In this document: positions 44,036-53,170 of the stretch, piece by piece
How the letters are laid out: every line of letters begins with the position of its first letter
How positions within the stretch are numbered: position 1 is the stretch's first letter
Assembly (NCBI GenBank): GCA_958295755.1
Contig: OY282367.1
Span: forward strand, 655,087-719,086
DNA: 64,000 nt
Origin: an uncultured Acidimicrobiales bacterium
GTDB taxonomy: Bacteria; Actinomycetota; Acidimicrobiia; Acidimicrobiales; Hopanoidiivorantaceae
Reading direction: 5' to 3'
Notes under the pieces: generated by a model
Database searches by the model: none
Seen by the model: only the letters and a program-made list of their open reading frames with translations
Told to the model about the DNA's origin: nothing
Program-made: the position numbers and the translations under genes

Positions 44036-45766
44036 ATGGCAGATACACCCAGACGAGCAGTAGACAGCACGCATGATTCATACCAAGGAACTGAAAATCA
44101 AAATACCACAAATTCCAGCCCAGCAAACGGCGCAGAAGACACTGCAGCAGCCCTAGACACTGCACAAAGCAATGGCGACACTAGAGTTTCGCCAGGCAAA
44201 CCCCGAATAGGTGATTCTCGCCCTGCCAGGGGATCTGTATCCCAAAAGTCTGCATCTCAGCAATCTGTTGGATCAGGCTCTCAGAAGTCTGGCTCTAAGG
44301 GATCTAGTTCTCAGAAGTCTGGCTCTCAGAAGTCTGGCTCTAAGGTATCTAGCTCTAAAGAATCCAGCTCTAAAGAATCTAGATCTCAGGAATCTCGCCA
44401 AGGTCAGCGCAAGCAGAAAAACCGGCGTGGGAGAGGCAAATCACCTGCACCTCAGGAGAAATCCATCCAAGAACAAGGCGACCACAGCCTGCCTCTCGGC
44501 AGATACCTTATGCTGGTGCACGCCGACAGCCACTCTACCCATGTAGCCATGCTGGAGGGGCGTTCGCTTATTGAATACTATGTGTCGCACACAGAAGACA
44601 CTTCCACGCAAATCCACGGCAATATCTATCTAGGCAAGGTAGAAAATGTGCTACCGAGCATGGAGTCGGCTTTCGTAGATATCGGTTTACCTAAAAACGC
44701 CGTGCTCTATCAAGGTGATGTGGTTTACATCCCAGAGGAGTTAGAGCGAAGCTCAGACAGCTTGCCTATCAGCCAAATGCTTCAACCCAAGCAGACTATT
44801 ACATGTCAAGTCACCAAGAACCCTATCGGGCACAAAGGCGCACGGCTCACACAAGAAGTTTCCCTGGCTGGGCGATATGTAGTACTCATCCCTAACCAAG
44901 GTGGTATCAGCGTTTCCAAGCAGCTCAACGACAAAGAACGCAAACGCTATATTGAGATGATTGGTCGTGTCAAGCCTGAAGAGCATGGCGTAATCGTCCG
45001 CACAGCGGCACGCAATGCGACCGTCAAAGATGTTGAAGCTGATATTCAGAGGCTGTTGGCAGAGTGGGAAGACATAGAAAAGCAGCAAAAAAAAGCCAAG
45101 GTTCCGAGCTTGATCTACGAAGAGCCCGATTTAGCTCTGCGTGTCATCCGTGAACAGTTTGGCTCCGATTTCCGCTCAGTGATCGTGAACAACAGAGAGA
45201 TGTTCAAGAAAGTACGAAACTATGTGAAGAGTGTTACCCCAAAGCTGGCGGATCGGGTGCAGTTCTACGATGAAGAAGCCGACGACCTGCCGATGTTCGA
45301 CCGCTACCATGTAAAATCGCAACTGAGTAAAGCTCTGGATAAAAAAGTATGGTTGCCTTCAGGTGGTTCGCTTATCATTGAGAGCACTGAAGCTCTGACC
45401 GTCATTGATGTAAATACCGGCCGTAACTTGGGGCAAACCACACTCAAAGACACCATCTTCCAGAACAACATGGAAGCAGCCGAAGAAATAGCCCGCCAGC
45501 TGCGTCTGCGAGACATAGGAGGCATAATCGTCATAGATTTCGTAGATATGGACGACCAAGATCAGCGTAAAAAACTTATGAAAGCTTTTCGCGACGCTCT
45601 AAGCCGCGACAAAACCCGTGTCTTTGTTGTAGACATCTCAGATCTGGGACTAGTCCAAATGACTCGTAAACGTATAGGCGAAGGACTGGTGGAGTCTTTC
45701 ACCGAGAGATGCCAAATTTGTGAAGGTGAAGGACACACCCTCCTACCCCTACTAGAAGGGGTTTAA
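44036..45766 (+). CDS. ribonuclease E/G family endoribonuclease with Ser/Lys-rich N-terminal region
   Basis: The S1 domain region is GNIYLGKVENVLPSMESAFVDIG. The catalytic core shows ...SGGSLIIESTEALTVIDVNTG... and ...IGGIIVIDFVDM.... A Zn-link-like CQICEGEG is present. I prefer the start at ATG 44036, which follows a GAAGGGA RBS. Confidence 0.8.
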   Translation: MADTPRRAVDSTHDSYQGTENQNTTNSSPANGAEDTAAALDTAQSNGDTRVSPGKPRIGDSRPARGSVSQKSASQQSVGSGSQKSGSKGSSSQKSGSQKSGSKVSSSKESSSKESRSQESRQGQRKQKNRRGRGKSPAPQEKSIQEQGDHSLPLGRYLMLVHADSHSTHVAMLEGRSLIEYYVSHTEDTSTQIHGNIYLGKVENVLPSMESAFVDIGLPKNAVLYQGDVVYIPEELERSSDSLPISQMLQPKQTITCQVTKNPIGHKGARLTQEVSLAGRYVVLIPNQGGISVSKQLNDKERKRYIEMIGRVKPEEHGVIVRTAARNATVKDVEADIQRLLAEWEDIEKQQKKAKVPSLIYEEPDLALRVIREQFGSDFRSVIVNNREMFKKVRNYVKSVTPKLADRVQFYDEEADDLPMFDRYHVKSQLSKALDKKVWLPSGGSLIIESTEALTVIDVNTGRNLGQTTLKDTIFQNNMEAAEEIARQLRLRDIGGIIVIDFVDMDDQDQRKKLMKAFRDALSRDKTRVFVVDISDLGLVQMTRKRIGEGLVESFTERCQICEGEGHTLLPLLEGV

Positions 45767-47613
45767 GTACCCGTCTCCTCTAGAATTTCATCGAGGCGCA
45801 CGATCTCTTCATTGCTCACCGTGCCTACAAAGTTGCCTTGAGGGTCCACTATCGGGATCATTTCTACGCCGGCTTCTTCCATAGCCAAGACTGCATCTCT
45901 GAGAGTGGCGGTTAGTTCGGCAGTTGGATATTCGGAGGGCATGGCATCTGTTACCAAGGTGGATTCCCAGACGTCGCGGTCTAACTTTTCAGCCTGATCT
46001 AGGGTGCACATTCCTATGTATGTGCCACCATCTACTATCGGCACGTCGCGGACACGGCGACTGATCACATGAAAAAAGACGAATTCTGAGACTGCTGCAT
46101 CGGGGGGAACAGTCATCACATCGGTGTTGAGTGCCGAGGAGATGGGTAGGGTCAGACGACGCTCTAGGTGGCCTAGACGTTCGCCTACTTGATATTCCGA
46201 GACTGAGCTTCGTCCGGCAGCTAGCTGGGATACGGCTGCGGCTACTAGGGCGGGCACTACGAACGGCGACCCCCTGCTTGACTCAGCTACGAAGATGACC
46301 ACAGCTATGGGGGTGCGGTAACCGGCACCAAGGAAAGCAGCTAGACCGAGAGTGGGATACAAACTAGATGAGGTGGAGTTGAGTAGCTCTCCCACGAAAA
46401 CACCCATTATTATGCCTAGCACAGCGAGCGGAATGAATAAGCCTCCTGTGCCTCCCCCTGCCAATGTGGCAAGGGTTGCCAAAGCGCGAAGGGCGAAAAG
46501 CAGGGCTAGAAGCCAAAGGCTGCGTTCAAGGGTTATCAATGGGACTGATTCAGATGTTTCGGGTTCGCTCTCTGCGACGAGATTTGACTCCGGTGCTGCA
46601 CCTGCCGTGCCACCATCTGATTCGTGGCTCCCTGACTCACTGCCGTCTGTGGTTTCGGATGCTTCAGTAACTGTATTTTCTTCTTCCTCTTCTGAACCCA
46701 GTGCCCAATTGACTGCTTCGTGACCTGGACCCAGACTGAGGGGGCTGTCAAAAGCTTGGTTGGTGGCGAAAACCAGACCGAAAAGCAAAGCTCCACAACC
46801 TGCTATTCGCCATAGAGGTTTTGTAGTACGGTAAAGTTTCTTTGCCCTGCGCGTGAACCATGAGAAAGTCCTTCCTCCTACGCCGGCAGCTATGCCAATG
46901 ACTGCGCCACCTATCAAGTCGGCGACGCGAAGAGTGTGAGATTCTGCGCCCAATTCTGGAAACACAGGATTGGTGCCGTGGATACTAGCAAAAACAATAA
47001 AACTTGTCGCAGAAGCGAAAAGTGAGGGAAGCAGAGCGCGCCGTCCGATGTCATTGAGATACGGAGATTCCAAAGCAAACATGACACCTGTGGCTGGAGC
47101 TTTAAAAATGGCAGAAACACCCGCTGCCGCCCCTGCCGTCATCAGAATTTTTGCTTCATCTCGAGTGATCCAGCGACGTGCCAATAGTGGTGGTCCATTG
47201 AGCCCGACTGAAGAGCCTACGTAGATAGAAGGGCCTTCCAATCCCATCGCGCCGCCTGAGCCCATAGTGACAATTCCTGCCATAAGTTTGGCTGGCAGCT
47301 GGCGCAGAGGCATGCGGGGAGATCGTTCGTGATAGGACTCTGTGTAGTTATCTGAGGTGCTTGTAGTAGTGCCTTTGCCTCCTATATGGCGTAAAAGAAG
47401 AGCAGAACAAACCAAGCCGACAACCGGCGCGACTGCCTGTATCCAGATGGAGGAATCGAGAAGGCTGGTTAAGAGTATCCTCTCGGTGATTTGCTCAAAG
47501 ACAGCCACAATGGCACCTACAATGATTCCCAGAATCAGTGCACCCAACACAAGACGCGGTATTCGCCTGCCGGGCGAGAAGCTGAGAAGGAATTTCTTGA
47601 ACTTTGGAGACAT
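45763..47613 (-). CDS. ClC-family chloride channel/transporter with C-terminal CBS pair
   Basis: The ClC selectivity motifs are GSGGAMGLEGP and GGLFIP. Two CBS-like repeats sit at the C-terminus. An acidic low-complexity insertion lies mid-protein. The stop overlaps the convergent RNase stop (TTAA). Confidence 0.8.
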   Translation of the reverse strand: MSPKFKKFLLSFSPGRRIPRLVLGALILGIIVGAIVAVFEQITERILLTSLLDSSIWIQAVAPVVGLVCSALLLRHIGGKGTTTSTSDNYTESYHERSPRMPLRQLPAKLMAGIVTMGSGGAMGLEGPSIYVGSSVGLNGPPLLARRWITRDEAKILMTAGAAAGVSAIFKAPATGVMFALESPYLNDIGRRALLPSLFASATSFIVFASIHGTNPVFPELGAESHTLRVADLIGGAVIGIAAGVGGRTFSWFTRRAKKLYRTTKPLWRIAGCGALLFGLVFATNQAFDSPLSLGPGHEAVNWALGSEEEEENTVTEASETTDGSESGSHESDGGTAGAAPESNLVAESEPETSESVPLITLERSLWLLALLFALRALATLATLAGGGTGGLFIPLAVLGIIMGVFVGELLNSTSSSLYPTLGLAAFLGAGYRTPIAVVIFVAESSRGSPFVVPALVAAAVSQLAAGRSSVSEYQVGERLGHLERRLTLPISSALNTDVMTVPPDAAVSEFVFFHVISRRVRDVPIVDGGTYIGMCTLDQAEKLDRDVWESTLVTDAMPSEYPTAELTATLRDAVLAMEEAGVEMIPIVDPQGNFVGTVSNEEIVRLDEILEETGT

Positions 47614-47620
47614 ATTTTTA

Positions 47621-49972
47621 CTAAATTGCCGCCACTGAAGACTGAGGCATCGGATTTTGGTAGAGAGTGCTGCGTTGGCGAAGCGGACGACCTAACGGCT
47701 TGGTGACTGCTAGAAAGTCCTCATAGGTGGCACTTTGGCCGTGTTCTGCCCCAGCTGCGCGTGAGATATTTTCGTTGATGAGAGTGCCGCCTAGGTCGTT
47801 GACGCCAGCTTGGAGAGCTTGAGCCGCCCCCGACATACCCAGCTTCACCCAAGACGCCTGAATGTTGGGCACGAGATCGCGATAGGCGATTCTGGCTACC
47901 GAATGCATCAGCAAGGTTTCACGAAATGTCGGCCCTCGTCGCGACTGCTTGCGGATATATATAGGCGAGGCCATATGCACAAAGGGAAGCGGCACAAACT
48001 CGGTGAAGCCGCCTGTTTCTTTTTGAAGTTCTCGTGTGCACAGCATGTGGCGTGCCCAGTGGAGAGGTTGCTCTACCGAGCCGAACATAATAGTGATATT
48101 AGAGCGCAATCCTATGGAGTGGGCAATTCTGTGAGCTTCCAGCCATTCTTCGGTAGTGATCTTGTCGGGGCAGATAATCGAGCGAATGTCGTCGTCCAGA
48201 ATCTCTGCTGCTGTGCCCGGTAGCGAACGCAGACCTGCATCCATGAGGCGTCCAAGATAGTCGGCGAGTGGTTCACCCAAGCGTTTAGCACCTTCGGTCA
48301 CTTCTAGGGCGGTGAAGCCGTGAATGTGGATATCTGGTGCGGCATCTGAAACCGCCCTGGTGACATCTATGTAGTAGTCGCCGTCAAAGTCGGGGTGAAT
48401 GCCGCCTTGCAAGCAGACTTCGGTGGCTCCCAATGTTGCGGCTTCTGCGGTTCGTTCTGCGATGTCGTCAAGGGTGAGCAGATACGGATCGCCTCTGAGA
48501 TTGAGCGAAAGTGGGCCCTTGGAGAAGCCACAGAAACGACACTTAAAGGTGCAGACATTGGTGTAGTTGATATTGCGGTTAAAGACCCAAGTAACTTCTT
48601 CACCTGCGATCTCGCGGCGTAGATCATCGGCTACCTCTGCCACTGCTCGCACTTCGTGGCCTCGAGCAGAAAACAGCGTGATTATTTCTGCTTCGCCTAG
48701 TTCTTGGCCTGAGCGCACGCCTTCTAGTACTTCAGAAACTGGGCCGCGTACTTCAGTGACTGGGCCGCGCGCGCCAAGTTTCAGCAAAAAGTCTGGAGAG
48801 CTGATTTCAGGGGCAAAAGCTTCAGGTGAAACAGCCAGTGTAGAGATAGCTGTCGGTAGCAGATCTGGGGGTGGCGTGGGTGCGCCTGAATACCAGCCAC
48901 GGTCGTTTTCTCGAGCTAGATGTTCGGCATCGCTATTGTCTAAAACATTGAAGCGCACTTCAGGGTCTAGCCAGTTGCTGTTCGCAAACTCTGGGTAGAC
49001 CGTCATTCGAGGGGCCAAAGTGCGACCTGCTGCCTCGGTTACTTTCAGCAGTAGCTCTAAATCTGGCCAAGGACGTTCGGGGTTTACATGGTCTTTTGTG
49101 ATCGGCGACACACCGCCCCAGTCGTCTATGCCTGCCCCAATGAGCTGGCCGAAGTCTTCGGTGAGATTGGGCGGGGCTTGGAGGTGGATATCTGGCGGCA
49201 GTATTAGGCGGGCCAAGGCGATGGACTCTAAGTAGTCTTCGTGGGGGCAGGCATCGCTGGCATGCATAGCCGTGCCAGCTTTAGGGAGGAAGTTCTGCAC
49301 GATCACCTCTTGGATATGACCGTAAAGCCGATGTGCGTGAGCGATGGCCTCTAGGGCTTCTATGCGATCTTGCCTAGACTCGCCTATACCCACGAGGATG
49401 CCAGTGGTAAATGCGATACGCAACTTACCGGCTTCGTGAAGAGTAGCTAGGCGGCGTTCTGGGGTTTTATCGGGAGATCCGATGTGGCAACGGAGGTTAG
49501 GGTTCAGGGTTTCCAGCATCATCCCTTGCGACGGGCAAGTCTCACGCAGGGCTGCCAACTCGTCGGGGAAGAGCGCACCAGCGTTGGCGTGTGGGAGCAA
49601 ACCTGTTTCTTCTCTAACGGCGGTGGCGGCAACGCAGAGGTAATCAACGGTTGATTTATAGCCATGTGCTTTGAGCCAGTCGGCAGCATCAGGGTAGCGG
49701 AGTTCGGGGCGTTCGCCCAAAGTGAACAGAGCTTCACGGCAACCCGCTTCGGCACCTTTTGTGGCGATATTCAAGACTTCTTCCAAGGAGAGGAAGGGGG
49801 AGTTTAGGCGAGCAGGAGGTTGGGCGAAGGTGCAGTAGCCGCAACGATCGCGACAAAGCATTGTTAACGGGACAAAGACTTTAGGCGAGTAAGTTAGACG
49901 GTTGCCGAAGGCCGCGTCGCGGGTTTGAGATGCTTTGTCTAGCAGCTCCGAAGCTGGAAGGTTTAGTGTCAT
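47621..49972 (-). CDS. fbiC: bifunctional FO synthase (CofG+CofH fusion), F420 biosynthesis
   Basis: This 783-aa protein has two radical-SAM cysteine motifs, CRDRCGYCTF and CTFKCRFCGF, one per half, as in FbiC. Confidence 0.9.
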   Translation of the reverse strand: MTLNLPASELLDKASQTRDAAFGNRLTYSPKVFVPLTMLCRDRCGYCTFAQPPARLNSPFLSLEEVLNIATKGAEAGCREALFTLGERPELRYPDAADWLKAHGYKSTVDYLCVAATAVREETGLLPHANAGALFPDELAALRETCPSQGMMLETLNPNLRCHIGSPDKTPERRLATLHEAGKLRIAFTTGILVGIGESRQDRIEALEAIAHAHRLYGHIQEVIVQNFLPKAGTAMHASDACPHEDYLESIALARLILPPDIHLQAPPNLTEDFGQLIGAGIDDWGGVSPITKDHVNPERPWPDLELLLKVTEAAGRTLAPRMTVYPEFANSNWLDPEVRFNVLDNSDAEHLARENDRGWYSGAPTPPPDLLPTAISTLAVSPEAFAPEISSPDFLLKLGARGPVTEVRGPVSEVLEGVRSGQELGEAEIITLFSARGHEVRAVAEVADDLRREIAGEEVTWVFNRNINYTNVCTFKCRFCGFSKGPLSLNLRGDPYLLTLDDIAERTAEAATLGATEVCLQGGIHPDFDGDYYIDVTRAVSDAAPDIHIHGFTALEVTEGAKRLGEPLADYLGRLMDAGLRSLPGTAAEILDDDIRSIICPDKITTEEWLEAHRIAHSIGLRSNITIMFGSVEQPLHWARHMLCTRELQKETGGFTEFVPLPFVHMASPIYIRKQSRRGPTFRETLLMHSVARIAYRDLVPNIQASWVKLGMSGAAQALQAGVNDLGGTLINENISRAAGAEHGQSATYEDFLAVTKPLGRPLRQRSTLYQNPMPQSSVAAI

Positions 49973-51111
49973 TTGGCTTCTATTTTGGATGCTTTGGCTT
50001 CAAGGGCAACTAAGGCGTTGGTGAAAGAGTCGGAAAAGGCTTGCAACCCTTGTTCTTCCAATAAATTTGCCACATTTAGCATGTCTATGTTGGCTTTGGG
50101 GAGGGAGTGCCAGAAATTTTTAGTTGATTCCAAGTCGGTATCTATGGTGCGGGCAAATGTGCCGTGACTGTCAAAAGCGTTGGCTGTGGATTCTGGGAGG
50201 GTGTTTACTGTGTGTGGGCCTATGAGATTGTCTGGGTAAAGGGTGTCGGGATAGGCGGGGTTTTTGGTGGATGTGGAAGCCCAGAGTGGGCGTTGAGGGC
50301 GGGCACCTAGGGCTGCTAGTCGTTCCCAGCGAGGGCCACTAAAAAGTTCTAAGAAAGTTTGGTAAGCAAGCTTGGCTTGGGCAATAGCCGCTTGGCCTTG
50401 AGCTATGTTGGCATAGCCGTCTTGTCTTTCGGTGTCTTGGCTCTCAGCAGTGCTGTCTAGGGCATCTAGTCGGCTGTCAACTTCGGTGTCTACTCTGCTC
50501 ACAAAAAATGATGCCACGCCAGTAATACGGGCGATTGTGCTGGGCGACTTGCTAGCTAGGTCTTCTAGTGCGTCTATGTACGCAACGGCTACTTGCCGGT
50601 AGCGTTCTAATGAAAATATGAGAGTGATGTTGAGGTTGATGCCATCTGAGATGAGCGGCCCCATAGCTTTTACGCCTTCTATTGTGCCTGGCACTTTGAT
50701 GTAGATGTTCTCAGCAGCAAAGCGCGAGCGCAGTTCTTTAGCCGCAGCAACTGTTGCCTCAGCATCACGTGCCAGATGCGGCGACACTTCCACCGACACG
50801 AAGCCGTCTTCACCGTTGCTTTGGGCATACACGCTGGAGAGCTGCTCGGCGGCTTCTGTCACATCGTCTGTCACCAGCTGCCAGTAGATGTTTTCTATGG
50901 AGATGCCTTCTGACCGCAGTTTGGCTAGGTCGGCGTCGTAGGCATCTTCTGAAGAGAGACACTTCTCAAATATCGTAGGGTTGGAGGTGATTCCTCTACA
51001 GCCTCGATCTATCCAGGCTTTCAAGCTACCTTCTGCTAGCCAGCTACGAGAGAGATGGTCTATCCAGATGCTCTGTCCAAAGTCGGTATGCAGAGTTTGT
51101 AGGCGGTTCAT
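49969..51111 (-). CDS. tal: transaldolase (actinobacterial long type)
   Basis: It shows ...QSIWIDHLSR..., ...GITSNPTIFEK... and the Schiff-base Lys region IYIKVPGT. I prefer the start at ATG 51111, giving a TGATG junction with the tkt stop. TTG 51117 is an alternative. Confidence 0.9.
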   Translation of the reverse strand: MNRLQTLHTDFGQSIWIDHLSRSWLAEGSLKAWIDRGCRGITSNPTIFEKCLSSEDAYDADLAKLRSEGISIENIYWQLVTDDVTEAAEQLSSVYAQSNGEDGFVSVEVSPHLARDAEATVAAAKELRSRFAAENIYIKVPGTIEGVKAMGPLISDGINLNITLIFSLERYRQVAVAYIDALEDLASKSPSTIARITGVASFFVSRVDTEVDSRLDALDSTAESQDTERQDGYANIAQGQAAIAQAKLAYQTFLELFSGPRWERLAALGARPQRPLWASTSTKNPAYPDTLYPDNLIGPHTVNTLPESTANAFDSHGTFARTIDTDLESTKNFWHSLPKANIDMLNVANLLEEQGLQAFSDSFTNALVALEAKASKIEAK

Positions 51112-53162
51112 CAGCAACAGTTTTCCGTTCGAGGTGCAGATTTGGTTTTGTTGGCTTTCAGAAGGGCAAGAGCCCTAGAGCGCACAGCTGACGCTGTTAC
51201 TCCTAAGTTTCTCATAACTTCATCGCCCGGAGCGGACGCTCCGAAATCATCTATCCCCATAGCATCGTCTGCCCAGCGGTGCCATCCGTGCGTGCTACCT
51301 GCTTCTACCGACAAAGTGGGCACTCCTTTTGGCAATACAGAATCTCGATAGCTGTCAGGCTGCGCGGCAAAGAGATCCCAAGAGGGCATAGAGACTACCC
51401 GTGCCGCTATGCCGTCTTTAGCTAGCTTTTGGGCAGCTTCCAAGCACAGAGAGACTTCACTACCGGTGGCGATGAGTGTAATAACGGGGCTGGTGTCAGC
51501 CGCAGAAGTTTCAGAGGTTTCCAGAGAGGTCGCAGCGGTATCCAGCAGGTAAGCTCCTCGCGCCACGCTTTCAGCAGAGGTTTGCTCCAGCACGGGCACT
51601 CCTTGACGGGTCAAAATCAGAGCGGTCGGCCCGTCATTGGCTAACGCTGCTTGCCAAGCCCCAACTGTTTCTGTGGCATCAGCAGGGCGAATCACCGAAA
51701 GGCGGGGAATAGCTCGCAACGCAGTTAGATGTTCTATGGGCTGGTGGGTAGGGCCGTCTTCTCCAACAGCCACCGAGTCGTGACTCCAAGAAAATACTAC
51801 CTTCGCACCGCACATGGCAGCCAAGCGTACCGATGGGCGCATATAGTCGCTAAATACCAGGAAAGTTCCCCCCACAGGCAACAGGCCGCCGTGACAAGCC
51901 ATGCCGACCATCGTGGCAGCCATGGCATGTTCGCGGACGCCGAAATAGATCTGCTGGCCATCGGCGCAGTCGTGTGAGATGAGTTTGGCATCGGCGAGTT
52001 TTGTGCCTGTGTTGCCAGTGAGGTCGGCACCGCCAGCCACGATTTGGGGATTGCTGGCAGCCAAAGCTTTGAGACATTCGTTGCTGGCCACGCGTGTGGC
52101 GACCTTCTCGCCGGGAGTGAAACTAGGTTCGCTGTTAGTTTTGTCCAAAACTTTACCAGCCAGAACAGCCTTGTCTAACCCTCCTAGCCGTTGTTCCCAA
52201 GCAACACGGGCAGCGCGGCCTCGTTCAGATGCAGGCTTGTATATCTCTTGAGCAGCAGGGGGCACCCAGAAAGTCTCGTCTGTGGGAATTCCAATGGCAG
52301 CTTTAGCCGATGCTATCTCTTCGTCAAAAAGAGCGTAGCCGTGCGTTGAAGGATGGTCTGTGAGCTCAGGTGAAGGGTAGGCGATGTGAGAGCGTAGCAC
52401 CAGCAACGAAGGGGCATCTTCGGCTGTCATAGCTTCTCGCAGGGCCGACTCCAAAATATCCAGGTCTTCGCCTGCTTCGCCTAGTTGCTGGGTGTGCCAA
52501 CCGTATGAAGAAAAACGTTTGACGGGGTCATCTGAGAGCCACTTGTCGGTGGTGCCGTCAATAGAAACTCGATTGTCGTCATATATATAGACAAGACGGC
52601 CCAAACCAAGATGTCCTGCTAGTGAGGCAGCTTCATGGCTCACGCCTTCGGCTAGATCGCCGTCGCTGCAGATCACAAAAATATGGTGGTTGCAGAGGTC
52701 GCTCCCGAAGCGATGTCGTAGCCAACGCTCCGCGATACCCATCCCCACGCCGTTGGCAAAACCCTGCCCCAGAGGCCCCGTTGTGACTTCCACGCCTGGT
52801 AAGTGGCCTGCTTCAGGGTGGCCGGGGGTAGCACTGTTCCACTGGCGGAAGTTTTTGATGTCGTCTAAGCTCACGCCGTAGCCCGAGAGGAAAAGCATGG
52901 AATACAACAAGACAGACGCGTGCCCTGCGCTCAATATAAAGCGGTCGCGGTCTGGCCAGTCGGGGTCGGTGGGGTCATAAGTCATTATCCGATGCCATAG
53001 CACATGAGCTAGAGGAGCAAGTGCCATTGCAGTGCCTTGGTGCCCTGAGCGGGCAGCATGGGGAGCGTCCATAGCGAGACCTCGTATAGTCGCTATGGCT
53101 AGCTGATCAGGTGCTAGCTGGTCAGGTGCCAGCTGGTCAGGTGAGAGGGCAGTGTTGGTCAT
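51111..53162 (-). CDS. tkt: transketolase
   Basis: The TPP-binding region is ...SAGHASVLLYS...GHPE...TTGPLGQG...SDGDLAEGVSHEA.... The length of 683 aa fits the family. It is followed by tal. Confidence 0.9.
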   Translation of the reverse strand: MTNTALSPDQLAPDQLAPDQLAIATIRGLAMDAPHAARSGHQGTAMALAPLAHVLWHRIMTYDPTDPDWPDRDRFILSAGHASVLLYSMLFLSGYGVSLDDIKNFRQWNSATPGHPEAGHLPGVEVTTGPLGQGFANGVGMGIAERWLRHRFGSDLCNHHIFVICSDGDLAEGVSHEAASLAGHLGLGRLVYIYDDNRVSIDGTTDKWLSDDPVKRFSSYGWHTQQLGEAGEDLDILESALREAMTAEDAPSLLVLRSHIAYPSPELTDHPSTHGYALFDEEIASAKAAIGIPTDETFWVPPAAQEIYKPASERGRAARVAWEQRLGGLDKAVLAGKVLDKTNSEPSFTPGEKVATRVASNECLKALAASNPQIVAGGADLTGNTGTKLADAKLISHDCADGQQIYFGVREHAMAATMVGMACHGGLLPVGGTFLVFSDYMRPSVRLAAMCGAKVVFSWSHDSVAVGEDGPTHQPIEHLTALRAIPRLSVIRPADATETVGAWQAALANDGPTALILTRQGVPVLEQTSAESVARGAYLLDTAATSLETSETSAADTSPVITLIATGSEVSLCLEAAQKLAKDGIAARVVSMPSWDLFAAQPDSYRDSVLPKGVPTLSVEAGSTHGWHRWADDAMGIDDFGASAPGDEVMRNLGVTASAVRSRALALLKANKTKSAPRTENCC

Positions 53163-53170
53163 TGGTCAAA

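Noticed and set aside
43837-44076. A 79-aa ORF in the RNase E/G leader.
   Set aside because: It has no RBS and no recognisable family. It overlaps the RNase start, and its composition is unlike neighbouring genes. I treat the region as a 5' leader.
45763-47613. The ClC gene as a fluoride-riboswitch-controlled ClC-F exporter.
   Set aside because: Only 7 nt separate it from fbiC, so there is no room for a riboswitch. The protein carries C-terminal CBS domains and GSGGAMGLEGP-type motifs typical of canonical ClC rather than ClC-F.
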